Assembly (NCBI GenBank): GCA_951406725.2
Contig: OX597825.1
Span: 9,362,001 to 9,426,000, forward strand
Origin: Octopus vulgaris
Taxonomy: Eukaryota
Length of the DNA: 64,000 bases
Direction: 5' to 3'
Shown here: in pieces, positions 13,620 through 25,419 of the stretch
Position numbering within the stretch: position 1 is the stretch's first letter
How the letters are laid out: the number at the start of each line of letters is the position of its first letter
The notes under the pieces: model-generated
Databases searched by the model: none
Seen by the model: the letters and a program-made list of their open reading frames with translations, nothing else
Told to the model about the DNA's origin: nothing
Program-made: the position numbers and the translations under genes

Positions 13620-15480
13620 CATAACCTGTATTTTGAGCTAATTAGAGTATAATGCATTACTTTTCGGTTCGTATTTGTCAATCTCGTACCGTTTAGTATT
13701 GTTTCGGTGTTGTTCTTTTGTTAAATCACAACACCGATAGAATGGGAAAACTGAATACTTTGGTACGACCTGTACTTCACAATTATCTAAATATGTTCAG
13801 AAAAGTGTACATCGGACAAACATTCATACCGGTTTCTCCAATATAATATTCTGTCCTATATTCATACCGGTTTCTCCAATATAATATTCTGACAAACATT
13901 CATACCTGTTTTCCAATATAATGTTCTCAGCAACATTCGAGGTTATGATGTTTAATAAGTTAAACGACTTTCAAGATAAAGAAGTTTTAATTTTGAAGGT
14001 AGGACTCTGTTTGAAGTGGAATTCTGGGCCCTCCAATAGCTAGCTACAACATAGTTTGGTTGGATGTATTTATTAACTTTAGGGTCCGTTGTTTTTATAC
14101 AAAGCTCTGCATTGACGGATATAGTTTTTAATGATTTCGTTTGCCTCTTGGGTTTTATAATTTCATATTTTTTTAAGACAATTTTCAGTTTCTAACCATG
14201 TTAAATATTGTTAGGCTTTTATTGATGTTGGCGAAATATTTCGGTGTTCCTTAGGCAAAAAGGTCAAATATATGTTATTATACGGTACAACATTTATTTC
14301 CCTTTCTTATTTTGCTGTTCGAAGTAATTGGATGTTAATTTGCTTTACTTTCTGGTTAGTATTTTATTTTGTCTAGACTTCGGTTTTTTGGTTCAGTTGT
14401 GCAGACGCGTTTCCTTAAGTTGAATGATATGTTGCTTTAAGAGGGTTTCTAGTGGCATGATATCAGAAGGCTGTGTTGTTTTGAGTCAGTGGGTTTAATA
14501 TGTATGCCTTCTTTTAGTATTGTCCTTTTTTAAATTAGAATGTCTAAGAAGGGGAGACTATTGTTACTGATCTTGATGATGAATTGAATGTGAGGGTTAA
14601 TGCTGTTCATAAGATTTTAAAATCGACTCATTCTCAAAATGTCCTCAATGAAATGAAATACTAGTCAAGAAACTTTCCACAATTTTCTTTCAAAAGACAG
14701 ATACGTACGTCTCAAAAGATTTGTTGGGTGGTTTTCATTGGTTATCACTTCACGGTAACCCACGGGATTTTCAGAATACGTTGGAGCAACTTACGTCCTC
14801 ATGACGGTTCATGCCTTTTGTCCGTAGGCTATGCCACCGAACATGAAGTGGTTGTTTTCTAAAGAGAGTTGCAGACATTCACAAAAACTTTCTATCTATG
14901 TCCTCTGGTATTTCATATGAACATTAATCTAGCCAATATTCTATACTTTCGATTCCATAATCAATACAGATAAGCATGTACATACCTGTGTATATTTTTC
15001 TATATATCAGCATTCATGAATGTATGTATGTATGTATGTATGTATCTATCTATCTATCTATCTATCCACCCCTCTCTCTTTCTCTCTTTCTATCTGTCTG
15101 TCTATCTATCTCTATATTTTAGATTCCATATGCTGCTATATATGCTCGCAATACCAAATTTGGCTGCATCTGTTTTTGCTTTTATTCTATCTGGTATAAT
15201 GGTGAGTTTATCAATATCATCTAGTGTAAAGATCTTTATGTCGTTCAGGAAAGTTTTTAGCAAAGTGTTTAGGAAATTATCTAAGCAGGGTGTTTCGCAG
15301 GACGAACCCGCAATAATGGGTCACAGTTTTAAATTCGTTGGTGATGGAATATTTTTCAGTTTTGTAACTGTTGGTTTCATCATAGTAAATATTAGCTTGC
15401 AGGATGTTCAGTACAATATTTATTTAATAACCTATATTCATAATAAAAAGTGAACCTCTTTCGGCAGCTCCTGGATAACT
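13620..15480 (-). pseudogene. Degraded Penelope-like element (RT plus GIY-YIG endonuclease)
   Basis: Minus-strand peptides: RPIIAGSSCETPCLDNFLNTLLK (~15320-15250), LENNHFMF...VAPTY (~14865-14775), MNSINPHIQF...NNSLPFLDILI...KPTDSKQ (~14610-14475), YYIGETG (~13850) and PKYSVFPFY (~13740). Many stops; microsatellite inserted at 15017-15115. May extend further right. Confidence 0.8.
13815..13927. repeat. Three ~38-bp tandem units (cattcataccggtttctccaatataatattct core)
   Basis: Directly visible; on the minus strand the unit encodes the YIG half-motif EYYIGETGMN. Confidence 0.9.
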
Positions 15481-15932
15481 ATATTTCTACCTAACTGTAA
15501 ATATATTAAGCGGATCCATTTCCGTGTACTGAAGTTAGATTTTATTTGCTCTTTTTTCTGTTTCTTGTCAATAGGTAAGTTTGTAATGTTCGCAAAATTC
15601 ACCGAGATCTATACTTCATGTTTTCAGGTGGTAATTTGATATTGTTTTTCACTAGAGTTTTATTTTCATCATCCCCTCAAAATATAAGTGTTCTGCTAAT
15701 TTAATTTTCCTGCAGAAATCTACTTTATAATCATTAATTTCAGACGTATCTGAATTTTGAAAGGTTATTGTGAAACTCCTTGAACATTACATTTATTTGT
15801 AAGATGGTTTTACCATTATATAAGATGGTGATTTTTTTCGCGATTCGCATCCATTTTGTGTCCCTATATTCCCGGTTTATGTTTAAGAAACAGTTCTTTC
15901 GGTTAAAGATCATTTGTATATTTTATATGAAC

Positions 15933-16331
15933 AGGCGCAGGAGTGGCTGTGTGGTAAGTAGCTTGCTAACCAACCACATGGTTCCGGGTTCAGTCCCACT
16001 GCGTGGCATCTTGGGCAAGTGTCAACTGCTATAGCCCCGGGCCGACCAATGCCTTGTGAGTGGATTTGGTAGACGGAAACTGAAGGAAGCCTGTCGTATA
16101 TATGTATATATATATATAAGTGTGTGGGTTTGTTTGTCCCCCTAGCATTGCTTGACAACCGATGCTGGTGTGTTTACGACCCCGTCACTTAGCGGTTCGG
16201 CAAAAGAGACCGATAGAATAAGTACTAGGCTTACAAAGAATAAGTTCCGGGGTCGATTTGCTCGACTAAAGGCGGCGCTCCAGCATGGCCGCAGTCAAAT
16301 GACTGAAACAAGTAAAAGAGAAAAAAGAGAG
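15933..16331 (+). mobile_element. SINE family A, full length (tRNA head, CORE-like segment, internal microsatellite, LINE-like tail)
   Basis: A-box TGGCTGTGTGG, B-box GGTTCAGTCCC, CORE-like cttgggcaagtg, tail ...gctccagcatggccgcagtcaaatgactgaaacaagtaaaagag. More than 10 copies or fragments in the window. Confidence 0.93.
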
Positions 16332-16497
16332 AGGCGCAGGAGTGGCTGTGTGGTAAGTAGCTTGCTAACCAGCCACATGGTTCCGGGTTCAGTCCCACTG
16401 CGTGGCATCTTGGGCAAGTGTCTTCTGCTATAGCCCCGGGCCGACCAATGCCTTGTGAGTGGATTTGGTAGACAGAAACTGAAAGAAGCCCGTCGTA

Positions 16498-16528
<31 letters not shown>

Positions 16529-16748
16529 GCGTGTGTGTGTGTGTGTTTGTGTGTCTGTGTTTGTCCCCCTAGCATTGCTTCACGACCGATGCTGGTGTGT
16601 TTACGTCCCCGTCACTTAGCGGTTTGGCAAAAGAGACCGATAGAATACGTACTGGGCTTACAAAAGAATAAGTCCCGGGGTCGAGTTGCTCGACTAAAGG
16701 CGGCGCTCCAGCATGGCTGCAGTCAAATGACTGAAACAAGTAAAAGAG
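16332..16748 (+). mobile_element. SINE family A, full length, head-to-tail with the previous copy
   Basis: Near-identical to 15933-16331; begins within that copy's (AAAAGAG)n tail. Confidence 0.93.
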
Positions 16749-18014
16749 TATATCAATATCTCAGCTTCAAATTCTCGTTTATAATGATTATAAACGAAAT
16801 TCTGCCATTCTCCATTTATTGTCTTTTTTTTTGGGGGGGGGTATGTTTCCATTTTAATTTCCTTTTTATTTCTTGATGAACATCGTTGTATGTTTGTTAC
16901 TGTGTTCTCAGTTTCATTCGGTCAAACTCACCTTGCATTTTACACACATAATTTTTGTTTACCGTACTGATAATTCGAATATTGTGTTCAATTGTAATTT
17001 CCTTAGCGTAAGATCATTAGCGTTGAAGATATGAAGTTATGCAACGTTTGCAGATTTCTGCTTTACAGCATATTCTTGAATCCTAATATACCTTTGTTAG
17101 AGTTTTTAGCCCAAATATAGCTTATTCGTGTTTTTATAAGAAAAGTGCATTTCGAAATACTTTCGGATATTTCCGCATGTGGTAAATTATATTCCGTTGG
17201 TCATGTTTGCACGTATGATTCAATATTTTATATAACTTTTCGATGTTGTTTTGAGATCTGAATTTTTTTCTCAATCTAATTTTTCCTTTTATTCTATGTT
17301 TTATGGTAAATACAAAAATTTGCTGAGTTTTTCGTTTAGGTTCAAAAGTTTAGTATTGATTTCTTTCAGTTTCTTGTGAATTTTCTTGTTTAAGTTTTCG
17401 TCTGTTTTCTTGGACCCAGGTGGCATTTTCAGATATTTGTAAGATGGTGGGTAGGTCGTAGTAAAAGAAAGTTTATTATATAAACACTTATCACCTTATA
17501 TAGCAAAAGATAGGAAAGTTATGAAGATTCGCTAATTGATATGTGTGCGTGTGTGTAAGTATGTGTTTTCAGTGTAATATATGGATTCATAAAACTATGT
17601 GGCCATCACAGAAAGCTTCTCTAGTGGACTTGGCTAGCAGACAACATAGTAATCTAATACGAATGTGTATAATCTAGAGTTCAATACATCCGAAGTCCAG
17701 GAGATTCTGTCGATAAGATTATTTCAAGGGAGCTGTATAAACCATCAAATGTCACAAATGTGTGAGGCGAATATATTTATTTAACTACTCATCATTTTTA
17801 GGACTACGGCCATTTTGCAACGCTTATCTTGTAATAATAATTTCAGTGTATAATAAATATGTTCACATATCTGCACAAATGTGCATGCTATGCATTATGC
17901 AATGCAATTGCGAATATACAATTCAGTGCACATGAAGAAAGCTGGCTTATCAGGTCATCAGAACACCACGGTAATACCAATGTTTTGAGTATAAGTATGT
18001 ACACTAAATAATCT

Positions 18015-18176
18015 TAGGCGGGGGCGTGACCATAAGTGCAGGCATGACCATAGGCGCAGACGTGGATATAGGCGCAGATGTGGCTGTAGGCGTAGGCATA
18101 GCTATAGACGTGGATGTGGCTATACGCGCCGACGTGGTTATAGACACAGGTTTGGCTGTAGGGGCAGAAGTGACTA
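18015..18176 (+). repeat. 9 x 18-bp minisatellite derived from the first 18 nt of SINE A
   Basis: Units such as taggcgcagacgtggata and taggcgcagatgtggctg versus SINE start (t)aggcgcaggagtggctg. The ninth unit runs on into a degraded SINE body to ~18300. Confidence 0.85.
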
Positions 18177-18506
18177 TGTGGGGACAAGTTTACTACCCAA
18201 CCACATGGTTCTAGGTTCAATATCACAGCATGTCGATTTCAATAAGTGTCGCCTGCGAGAGTCTCGGGCCGACCAAATCCTTGTAATTAATTTGGTAGCA
18301 CTCGTCATAATCGTCATTGTTTCAAACAATAATTACTTCCTCTCTTACACCTTTTGTTTTTTGTTAACATTGAGCATTGTCGATTCCCTAAACTTAGATC
18401 CAGCACCTTAATTGATATAGTAAATATAAAAAATAAGTATATAATATTCCATATAAAAATAATATGAGAAAATGATATCAATGAATTCTATACGGACAGA
18501 GACAAC

Positions 18507-18692
18507 GACTATTCAAAAGGTTGCTAGACACAACGAACATTTTAGAAAAAATAAATAAGTAAATGAGTGGAAACTGAACCGGTGAGTGTGTTAAATAATA
18601 AGGCACAAAAAGAGAATGAGTGCCCCCAGACAACAAAATATTCTTCAACACATGAATTCACATATAGAATCTTGCAAGCCAAATCCCAAAAT
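18507..18692 (+). mobile_element. Penelope-like terminal repeat (decayed hammerhead-like motif plus ORF-start tail)
   Basis: Homologous to 21979-22109 (-) and 44365-44503 (+). 18507-18545 reads gacta-TTCAAAA-G-GTTGC-tagac-ACAAC-GAA-CATT-T-tag. Confidence 0.6.
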
Positions 18693-18755
18693 TATATATA
18701 CATATATATATGTATGTTTGTATCTATGCATGTATGTATGTATATGTATACACGC

Positions 18756-18795
<40 letters not shown>

Positions 18796-18814
18796 ATGTT
18801 TACTTGTGTGTGTG

Positions 18815-19074
18815 AGTTGTGTGCTATAATCATCATTCATCAACCCTTTCTTCTGATGTACTTGTCTAGAAAATCTCCACTCTCATCGAAGACTGTTAAA
18901 ACTTCAGATATGGAGGCCGTGGTTGAAGCCAATGGCGATTTTATTGAATAAATTTACTCTTTAGTATTTCAAGGTATTTTATGTAATTTTGGTAAATATT
19001 TCTGTTAAAATGAGATTTCAATGTTATGGTTACTTTTGCGTAATTTAGACGGCACCTTATTCACCGCAACCCTG
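18815..19074 (+). mobile_element. Deleted Tc1/mariner (maT-like) element, right end
   Basis: Transposase-type C-terminus EAVVEANGDFIE*, followed ~120 bp later by a TIR-like end ttattcaccgcaaccctg|TA. Confidence 0.55.
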
Positions 19075-19322
19075 TATAGAGATGAATAAATATTTATGTA
19101 CAAATTCATATACGTATAGATGTTGATTCAGAAATTTGCTGTCGATCCGGGGATACAAAGAAAGCAATATCAGAACATGACAATAGTGGAATCCAAAATA
19201 GAAACCTTCCACCTGTAGAGCGATATTCCAACCATTCGTTGAGGTTACCATATGTGCATACACACACAAACACAAAAGAACATTTACATATACATATGTA
19301 TATAGATATACATAGTATGGAG

Positions 19323-19655
19323 CTTTGTGTAGAATATATTGTATAAAGGATTGTGAGTAAGGCCAAAACAATGCGAAGTAAATGAAAAGTAAATCACAAG
19401 AAAACAAATATATGAGTTAATATAGACTTACTTTGTATTCAATATTTCGGGGTTATAACCCCGTTTTCAAGAGAAACATTGGCAACATTCGTTTATTTTC
19501 TTGAAAATGAGGTCATAACCCCAAAATATTGAATACAAAGTAAGTCTATATTAACTCGTATATTTGTTTTTTCTTGTGATTTACCTTGCCTTACATTTAC
19601 TTCGCATTGCTTTGGCCTTACCTACGATCCTTTATACAAGATATATATACATAAG
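19323..19655. repeat. ~330-bp foldback palindrome: inverted pair of hammerhead-bearing Penelope-like ends
   Basis: Arms ~19323-19476 and ~19496-19655 are reverse complements around a ~20-nt spacer. Each inner end carries TTGAAAA-N-stem-(G/A)AA-ATAT-T. Confidence 0.85.
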
Positions 19656-19720
19656 TAAATATACCTTTGGAGATATTGATATGTGCATATATATATATAT
19701 ATATACATATATACACACAC

Positions 19721-19752
<32 letters not shown>

Positions 19753-19759
19753 GTATGTG

Positions 19760-19791
<32 letters not shown>

Positions 19792-20472
19792 AAAGAAGAA
19801 AATAGCAGGAAATGAATTTCCTATACAGAACAAAAGTTAGCGCTCATTAGATAGAACTAAATGAATATAAAGTAATATAGCTTTCAATGAAGAACCAATT
19901 TCGAAGACATTGACAAACAAAACACGTTGTTTACCTCAATATATTTTTCGAAAGATACAACGCCTCACACGAAATATATAATATATAGATACAATAATAT
20001 ATATAAAAATATATAAGTACAAATATGTAAAGATATACAAATATAAGATATTATGTATATATTTGTATATAATCGTTTGAAACCTTTCTAAAACACAAAA
20101 AGGTTATATGTATGTATATCTTTAATCATACACAAATGTTAATATCTATATATAAAATATATACATATGTACATCCATCCATCCATCAATCCATACATAC
20201 ATGCATGCATACATACATACATACATACATGCATGCATACATACATGCATGCATGCATGCATACATACATGCATGCATACATACATACATGCATGCATAC
20301 ATACATACATGCATGCATGTATACATGCATACATACATGCATGCATACATACATACATACATACATACATACCTAAATACATAAATACTCACATACATAC
20401 ATATGTAGACATAAATTCCTGAAGATTGGTGATTCGTTAAAAAAGAATAAGTCCAAGACTAAATAACGTGTA

Positions 20473-20812
20473 TACTTTTTTTTTACTTTTTACTTGTTTC
20501 TGTCATTTGAGTGTGGCCATGGTGGAGCACCGCCTTTAGTCGAGGAAATCGACCCCAGGACTCATTCTTTGTAAGCCTAGTTCTTATTCTATCGATCACT
20601 TTTTGCCGAACCGCTAATGTTACGGGGACGTAAACACACCAGTATCGGTTGTCAAGCGATGTTGGGGGGGGGGACAAACACAGACACAAACATAAACTGC
20701 GTGACACCATGGGCAAGTGTCTTCTACTATAGCCTCGGGCCGATCAAAGCCTTGTGAGTGGATTTAGTAGACGGAAATTTGAAAGAAGCCAATCACACAC
20801 ACACACACACAC

Positions 20813-20866
<54 letters not shown>

Positions 20867-20922
20867 ATGTGTGTGTGTATGTGTGTGTGTGTGTATGTGT
20901 GTGTGTGTGTGTATGTGTGTGT

Positions 20923-20962
<40 letters not shown>

Positions 20963-21124
20963 TGGGCTTCTTTCAAATTTCTGTCTACTAAATCCACTCA
21001 CAAGGCTTTGGTCGGCCCGAGGCTATAGTAGAAGACACTTACCCAAGGTGTCACGCAGTGGGACTGAACCCGGAACCATGTGATTGGTAAGCAAGCTACT
21101 TACCACACAGCCACTCCTGCGCCT
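20473..21124 (-). mobile_element. SINE family A with internal inverted duplication
   Basis: 3' half at 20473-20695 and 5' half at 20960-21124, both minus; 20696-20812 is an inverted copy of 20940-21059. Confidence 0.9.
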
Positions 21125-21978
21125 ATGTATTGTAACATTTCTATACTGCCAACGACTTACAAAACTTGATACAAAAAAATCTAACTTCTTTTTATTTCAA
21201 GATCATTCTGACGGTTTTATCAGTGCAACCTCATGGATCTCGATAAAACTAGGCGATGTATACACATTTTGTTGCAGACAGTGCTTGCGTTACTGGTTCC
21301 AGAATGTCGTTGTAGTCTGTAACAGGTCTTTTCTGCGGGGTTATCTGGGGGCTCCTGAGGCCTGTGTGAGATATAAATATATGGCTACAGAGTTTACGAA
21401 CTAAATGAGGAAATCCATTGTTAACCGAATTTTCTTTTCGTGCTAGACTCATTATGCGTGACCACACGTTTGCATTTCGCTAGAATATTCCGAATATACT
21501 CCTTTGTCACTTCCATTATGGCTTTCAAAAAATAATTGTTTAAATCGAACTGCACTCTTCAAAAGATGCACTAAGAAAAAGTAATAGGTAAAATTACTGC
21601 CTCCTTTTATAGCAAGTTGATGTAGGTAGTTTATACCCTCCTCTCCGACTTCTAGTTCATGCAATTGAAAAAATCGCATTATCTATGGGATGACCCAACA
21701 TTTCATTGTAAAGAGCCTGGTTTTTTTGCGGCATCAGCGACTGAAATTCTACATATTGTGTATATATCAATAGCAGATTATTTGGCTACCAAGCGGTGTG
21801 TAGATACCTACTGATGATGAAGTGAAAACACTAAAATCACCTGATCTAGCAATTTCACAACCGGCACTGAGCAATTCTCATTACAGCGTTCTAATAATAC
21901 ATCCACATTAAGCAGGATATTAAAATTGCCATTCTGTATTAACACCGCCTTTGTCAGCTAATATATATATATATATAT

Positions 21979-22109
21979 TTAGTTGTGTCTGGGGTGAGTC
22001 ATTTTCTTTTTGTGCCTTATAATGTAACACACTCACCGGTAAAATTTCCACTTATTTCTTATTTTTATTTTCCTAAAATTTTCGTTGCATCTTGCAATCT
22101 TTTCAATAA
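21979..22109 (-). mobile_element. Penelope-like terminal repeat with U3-A8 variant hammerhead-like motif (22072-22109)
   Basis: Minus: tta-TTGAAAA-G-ATTGC-aagat-GCAAC-GAA-AATT-T-tagg, then accggtgagtgtgtt...aatgactcaccccagacacaac; abuts (TA)n. Confidence 0.65.
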
Positions 22110-24289
22110 AGTATTGTCAGTCATAAGCTTAACAAATCATACTGACAATACCTAATACCAAAATACATTTGATAACCATATCTCCATATGATAAATATAT
22201 AGCACTTGTTTTCCTCACGATGCTGAATAGAATTTACATAAGCATCTTGACTTTTGAATCTTACTCAGCATGTGAACGTCATTAACAACGAAATCATTAA
22301 AGAAATGCCATTGAGCTAAACTCAATTTCCTTCAACTTTTGCATCAAAGGATCTCGATTGTTTTACTTAGTTTCATTAATCGTTTTACACTACACAGAGT
22401 TGATCAACTTTGAACATGTTCAACTTCAAAACATATTCGTTGAAAGAGCATCTATTAAAGGAAGGTTTCTTTTTATAGATTAATTTCTTAGATGAAATTT
22501 CTCGGTCACTGTACGCGATGCCCGAAAACACATTCTTATTGTGAGGCGGTTCCTAAATATGTATATCCTACACTACGGCACTGCGGTGTTAAAAGAGGCC
22601 AAATTCCGCCATTGAAGCAGTTTAATGACCATGTGCACCAGAAATTTGAAAACCTAAAAATTGTATCTCGAAACAATGCCGAAATTAGAATTCAGATAGA
22701 ATAGTACAAACAAAAGAAGCACATTTCTATTAATTTCTGGGTTAATATTTTACGTTTCTTTCTTTTCTCTCTCTTCAAACGTTACGAAAAAGTTACCTAA
22801 ATTGCTATTGCACACATAGTCGTGTAAAAGATTTAAATGACGAAAAATTTCAAGCAACTTCTTTTTATACTCTCGATCAGAGTTTTATGAAACAAGTGTC
22901 TCGTATTTAGCGTATTTGCGTGCGTTTGTGTGAATCAGAGAGAGAGAGAGAGAGAGAGAATGATTGAGAGAACGTGTAGTTCTTTAGCGTTTCGTCAAAA
23001 AGTGTCCAGTACATTAAAACAGTGTATTTATATTTCAAGGCGGCGTTCAAGTGTGGCCGGAGACCAATGATTGAATCCAGTAAAGCGTATGGAATCCAGT
23101 AAAACATATGTACTATTCAAATATTATGAAAATCTATACCTCTATTCAGAGTAATCTTGACTGATCCATATTTGCAGTTAGTGGTAAAAGCGTTTCTATC
23201 TTTCAATATATACGGTATTTCAGGTTATAATCTTCTGGTTTTAAACTATTCTGTATACATGCTTTAAAATTACTCCAAAATAAGTACAATGTAGTTTTAT
23301 ATATAAAGCAAACGTGTTTCTACGGAACTTGTTTCTGTCCCCTTAACAGCGAAGATAGTGAAACCGGGAAATGCATACGCCAGCATCATTATCTTATTGC
23401 GTAGATAACTTCTCCTTTAATGTGAATTTTGGGTTCCTAAAATCTAGCCGTAGGTACGTATTGGTCGCTGAGGCGGATTGAGTGCCAGATACCCGGACAA
23501 ATCCTTTGTCCAATCCTTGGGACTACGTTGCTTACCTAAGCTGGAAAATATCTTGAACAATAATGTCAGCAATTGGACACAGAGAAACCAACATCGAACT
23601 CCTCCCACAGCCCTTAAGCTGAAGTGCTGCAGTTTGATACCTCTGCACTTACTTACACCTGGCAAATTACAGAGGGCTCTCTGAGTGAGGTTGGTATGGA
23701 ATAAGTATAAGAAATGCATTAGAGGTGATCATACCAGAATGGAGGAAGCTTTTTCGGATTTAAGTCTGATGCCTAAACAAACTGAATAACGAGTTAGCAC
23801 CACCGAGTGGTTCCATCTCTAAAGTTTCTTCAAATTTGCCTCAAATACTTTTCTTGGTTTTGGAACATACGTACTCCTAGACAATTTTTCAATCTCCACT
23901 TTCTGTGGTACAATTACATCAATACTCTCCTGTATTGGTGGGATATATGGAAAAAAGCAGTAACTGATATATTAAGAATGAAACAAGGATAGTTAACACC
24001 AAATGTCTTCTCTCTAGAAAATACGTTTAGTCAAATGATGAGATAAGGGAAGTCCATCGTTAAACCAACAATTACAGCATGCACCGAAGCCACTAGAAGC
24101 TTGTACCACCAGGTAACGTATGTAGGTTGCATATCTGACTCTCTTCGTACTTGAAATATAACCAACGAATACTGAAAACAAGGAACCGATTGAAGGTCAT
24201 TTCAAAAGTTTGCAAAGGCAATCGATGAAAAGTGAAAGGTTCTACCCACCGCTCACGTTGGCATGTTTTGATATTAGAATGGAAATGTA

Positions 24290-24342
<53 letters not shown>

Positions 24343-24395
24343 CATTATTATCATTATTATTATTATTATTATCATTATTATCATTATTATTATTA

Positions 24396-24427
<32 letters not shown>
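24290..24427. repeat. (TTA)n/(TCA) trinucleotide microsatellite
   Basis: Directly visible. Confidence 0.97.
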
Positions 24428-24428
<1 letters not shown>

Positions 24429-25212
24429 GGAGAATGGGAATGTAATTATGGGTGAGAACTGAACAGAAGACTAGTTGTAGTGCTGGCAGTTCAAAGCAAT
24501 CAGTTAAATGTTTCCTCTTCAGCAGAAGTTATAGATCAAGGGCTGAGGTGCAGAGTTATGAAAGGATTCCTACGTGAAGGACAGCATGTTCATTATCGTA
24601 TTCAACTGACAAACATAAACAAGGAAAGATGTAAAAGTCAGAATGTTTCTCGCTACATATGCGTGTGTTTGTTCCATTGCTTTTATTGCATGCATTTATG
24701 TTTGCTGCTAAATAAGTAAATTAGAAGTGATATATTAACAACTTGACAGGTTGCTAATCACTTGGTCAATGTTACCACCATAAGGTGCCAATATTTACAC
24801 TTTGTTGGGTAATATTTCAGCATTGTTCAATTGTAATTTTAAATTAGCATTTGGCCTAACACACTCAGCGAATTTTAATTTGCTTTCGAGAGTTTTAATT
24901 AAAAAATTAATTATCCGCATATTTTATTTGCCTATCAGCCAATTTCAGTATTAAACTTGAGTTTCCTTGACATTCTAATCCCATACAAATGTATAATCTA
25001 ATGTATAAGAAATCGCTTAGAATCTGGAAGAGAATTAATGGAAGCCAACTTAAAGATGAACATTCCATTAGAGCAATCTAAACTTGTATATCAGAAAACG
25101 TTATCTCTACCTATCTAAATGTGAGCGTGTGTGTGTGTGGGTATATGTTTGTATGTATGTACATAAGTATATAAGTATATATGATATATGTATGTAAATA
25201 TCAATGTATATA

Positions 25213-25284
<72 letters not shown>

Positions 25285-25419
25285 CATACATATATATATA
25301 TAGACGTGTGAGGGAGAGTGTGTATGTGTGCGTGTGTGTGTGTGTGTTTAGACAAATAAAGGTTTCTGATTTGGATTTTATCTCATTCCATTATATAATA
25401 TTTAATTTTCCCTTTCAGT

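Noticed and set aside
15780-16876. Recurrent ORFs containing HMVPGSVPLRG / CPRCHAVGLNPEPCGW
   Set aside because: Translations of SINE A, recurring wherever the SINE occurs; not genes.
18015-18176. Regular GC-rich repeat as a CRISPR array or repeat-protein exon
   Set aside because: No unique spacers, eukaryotic context, and the unit equals the SINE 5' end.
21200-23800. Possible decayed DNA-transposon or LINE sequence (also 45680-47250, 54000-55400, 58700-59500)
   Set aside because: Composition looks TE-derived, but no motif or terminus could be assigned with confidence by eye.
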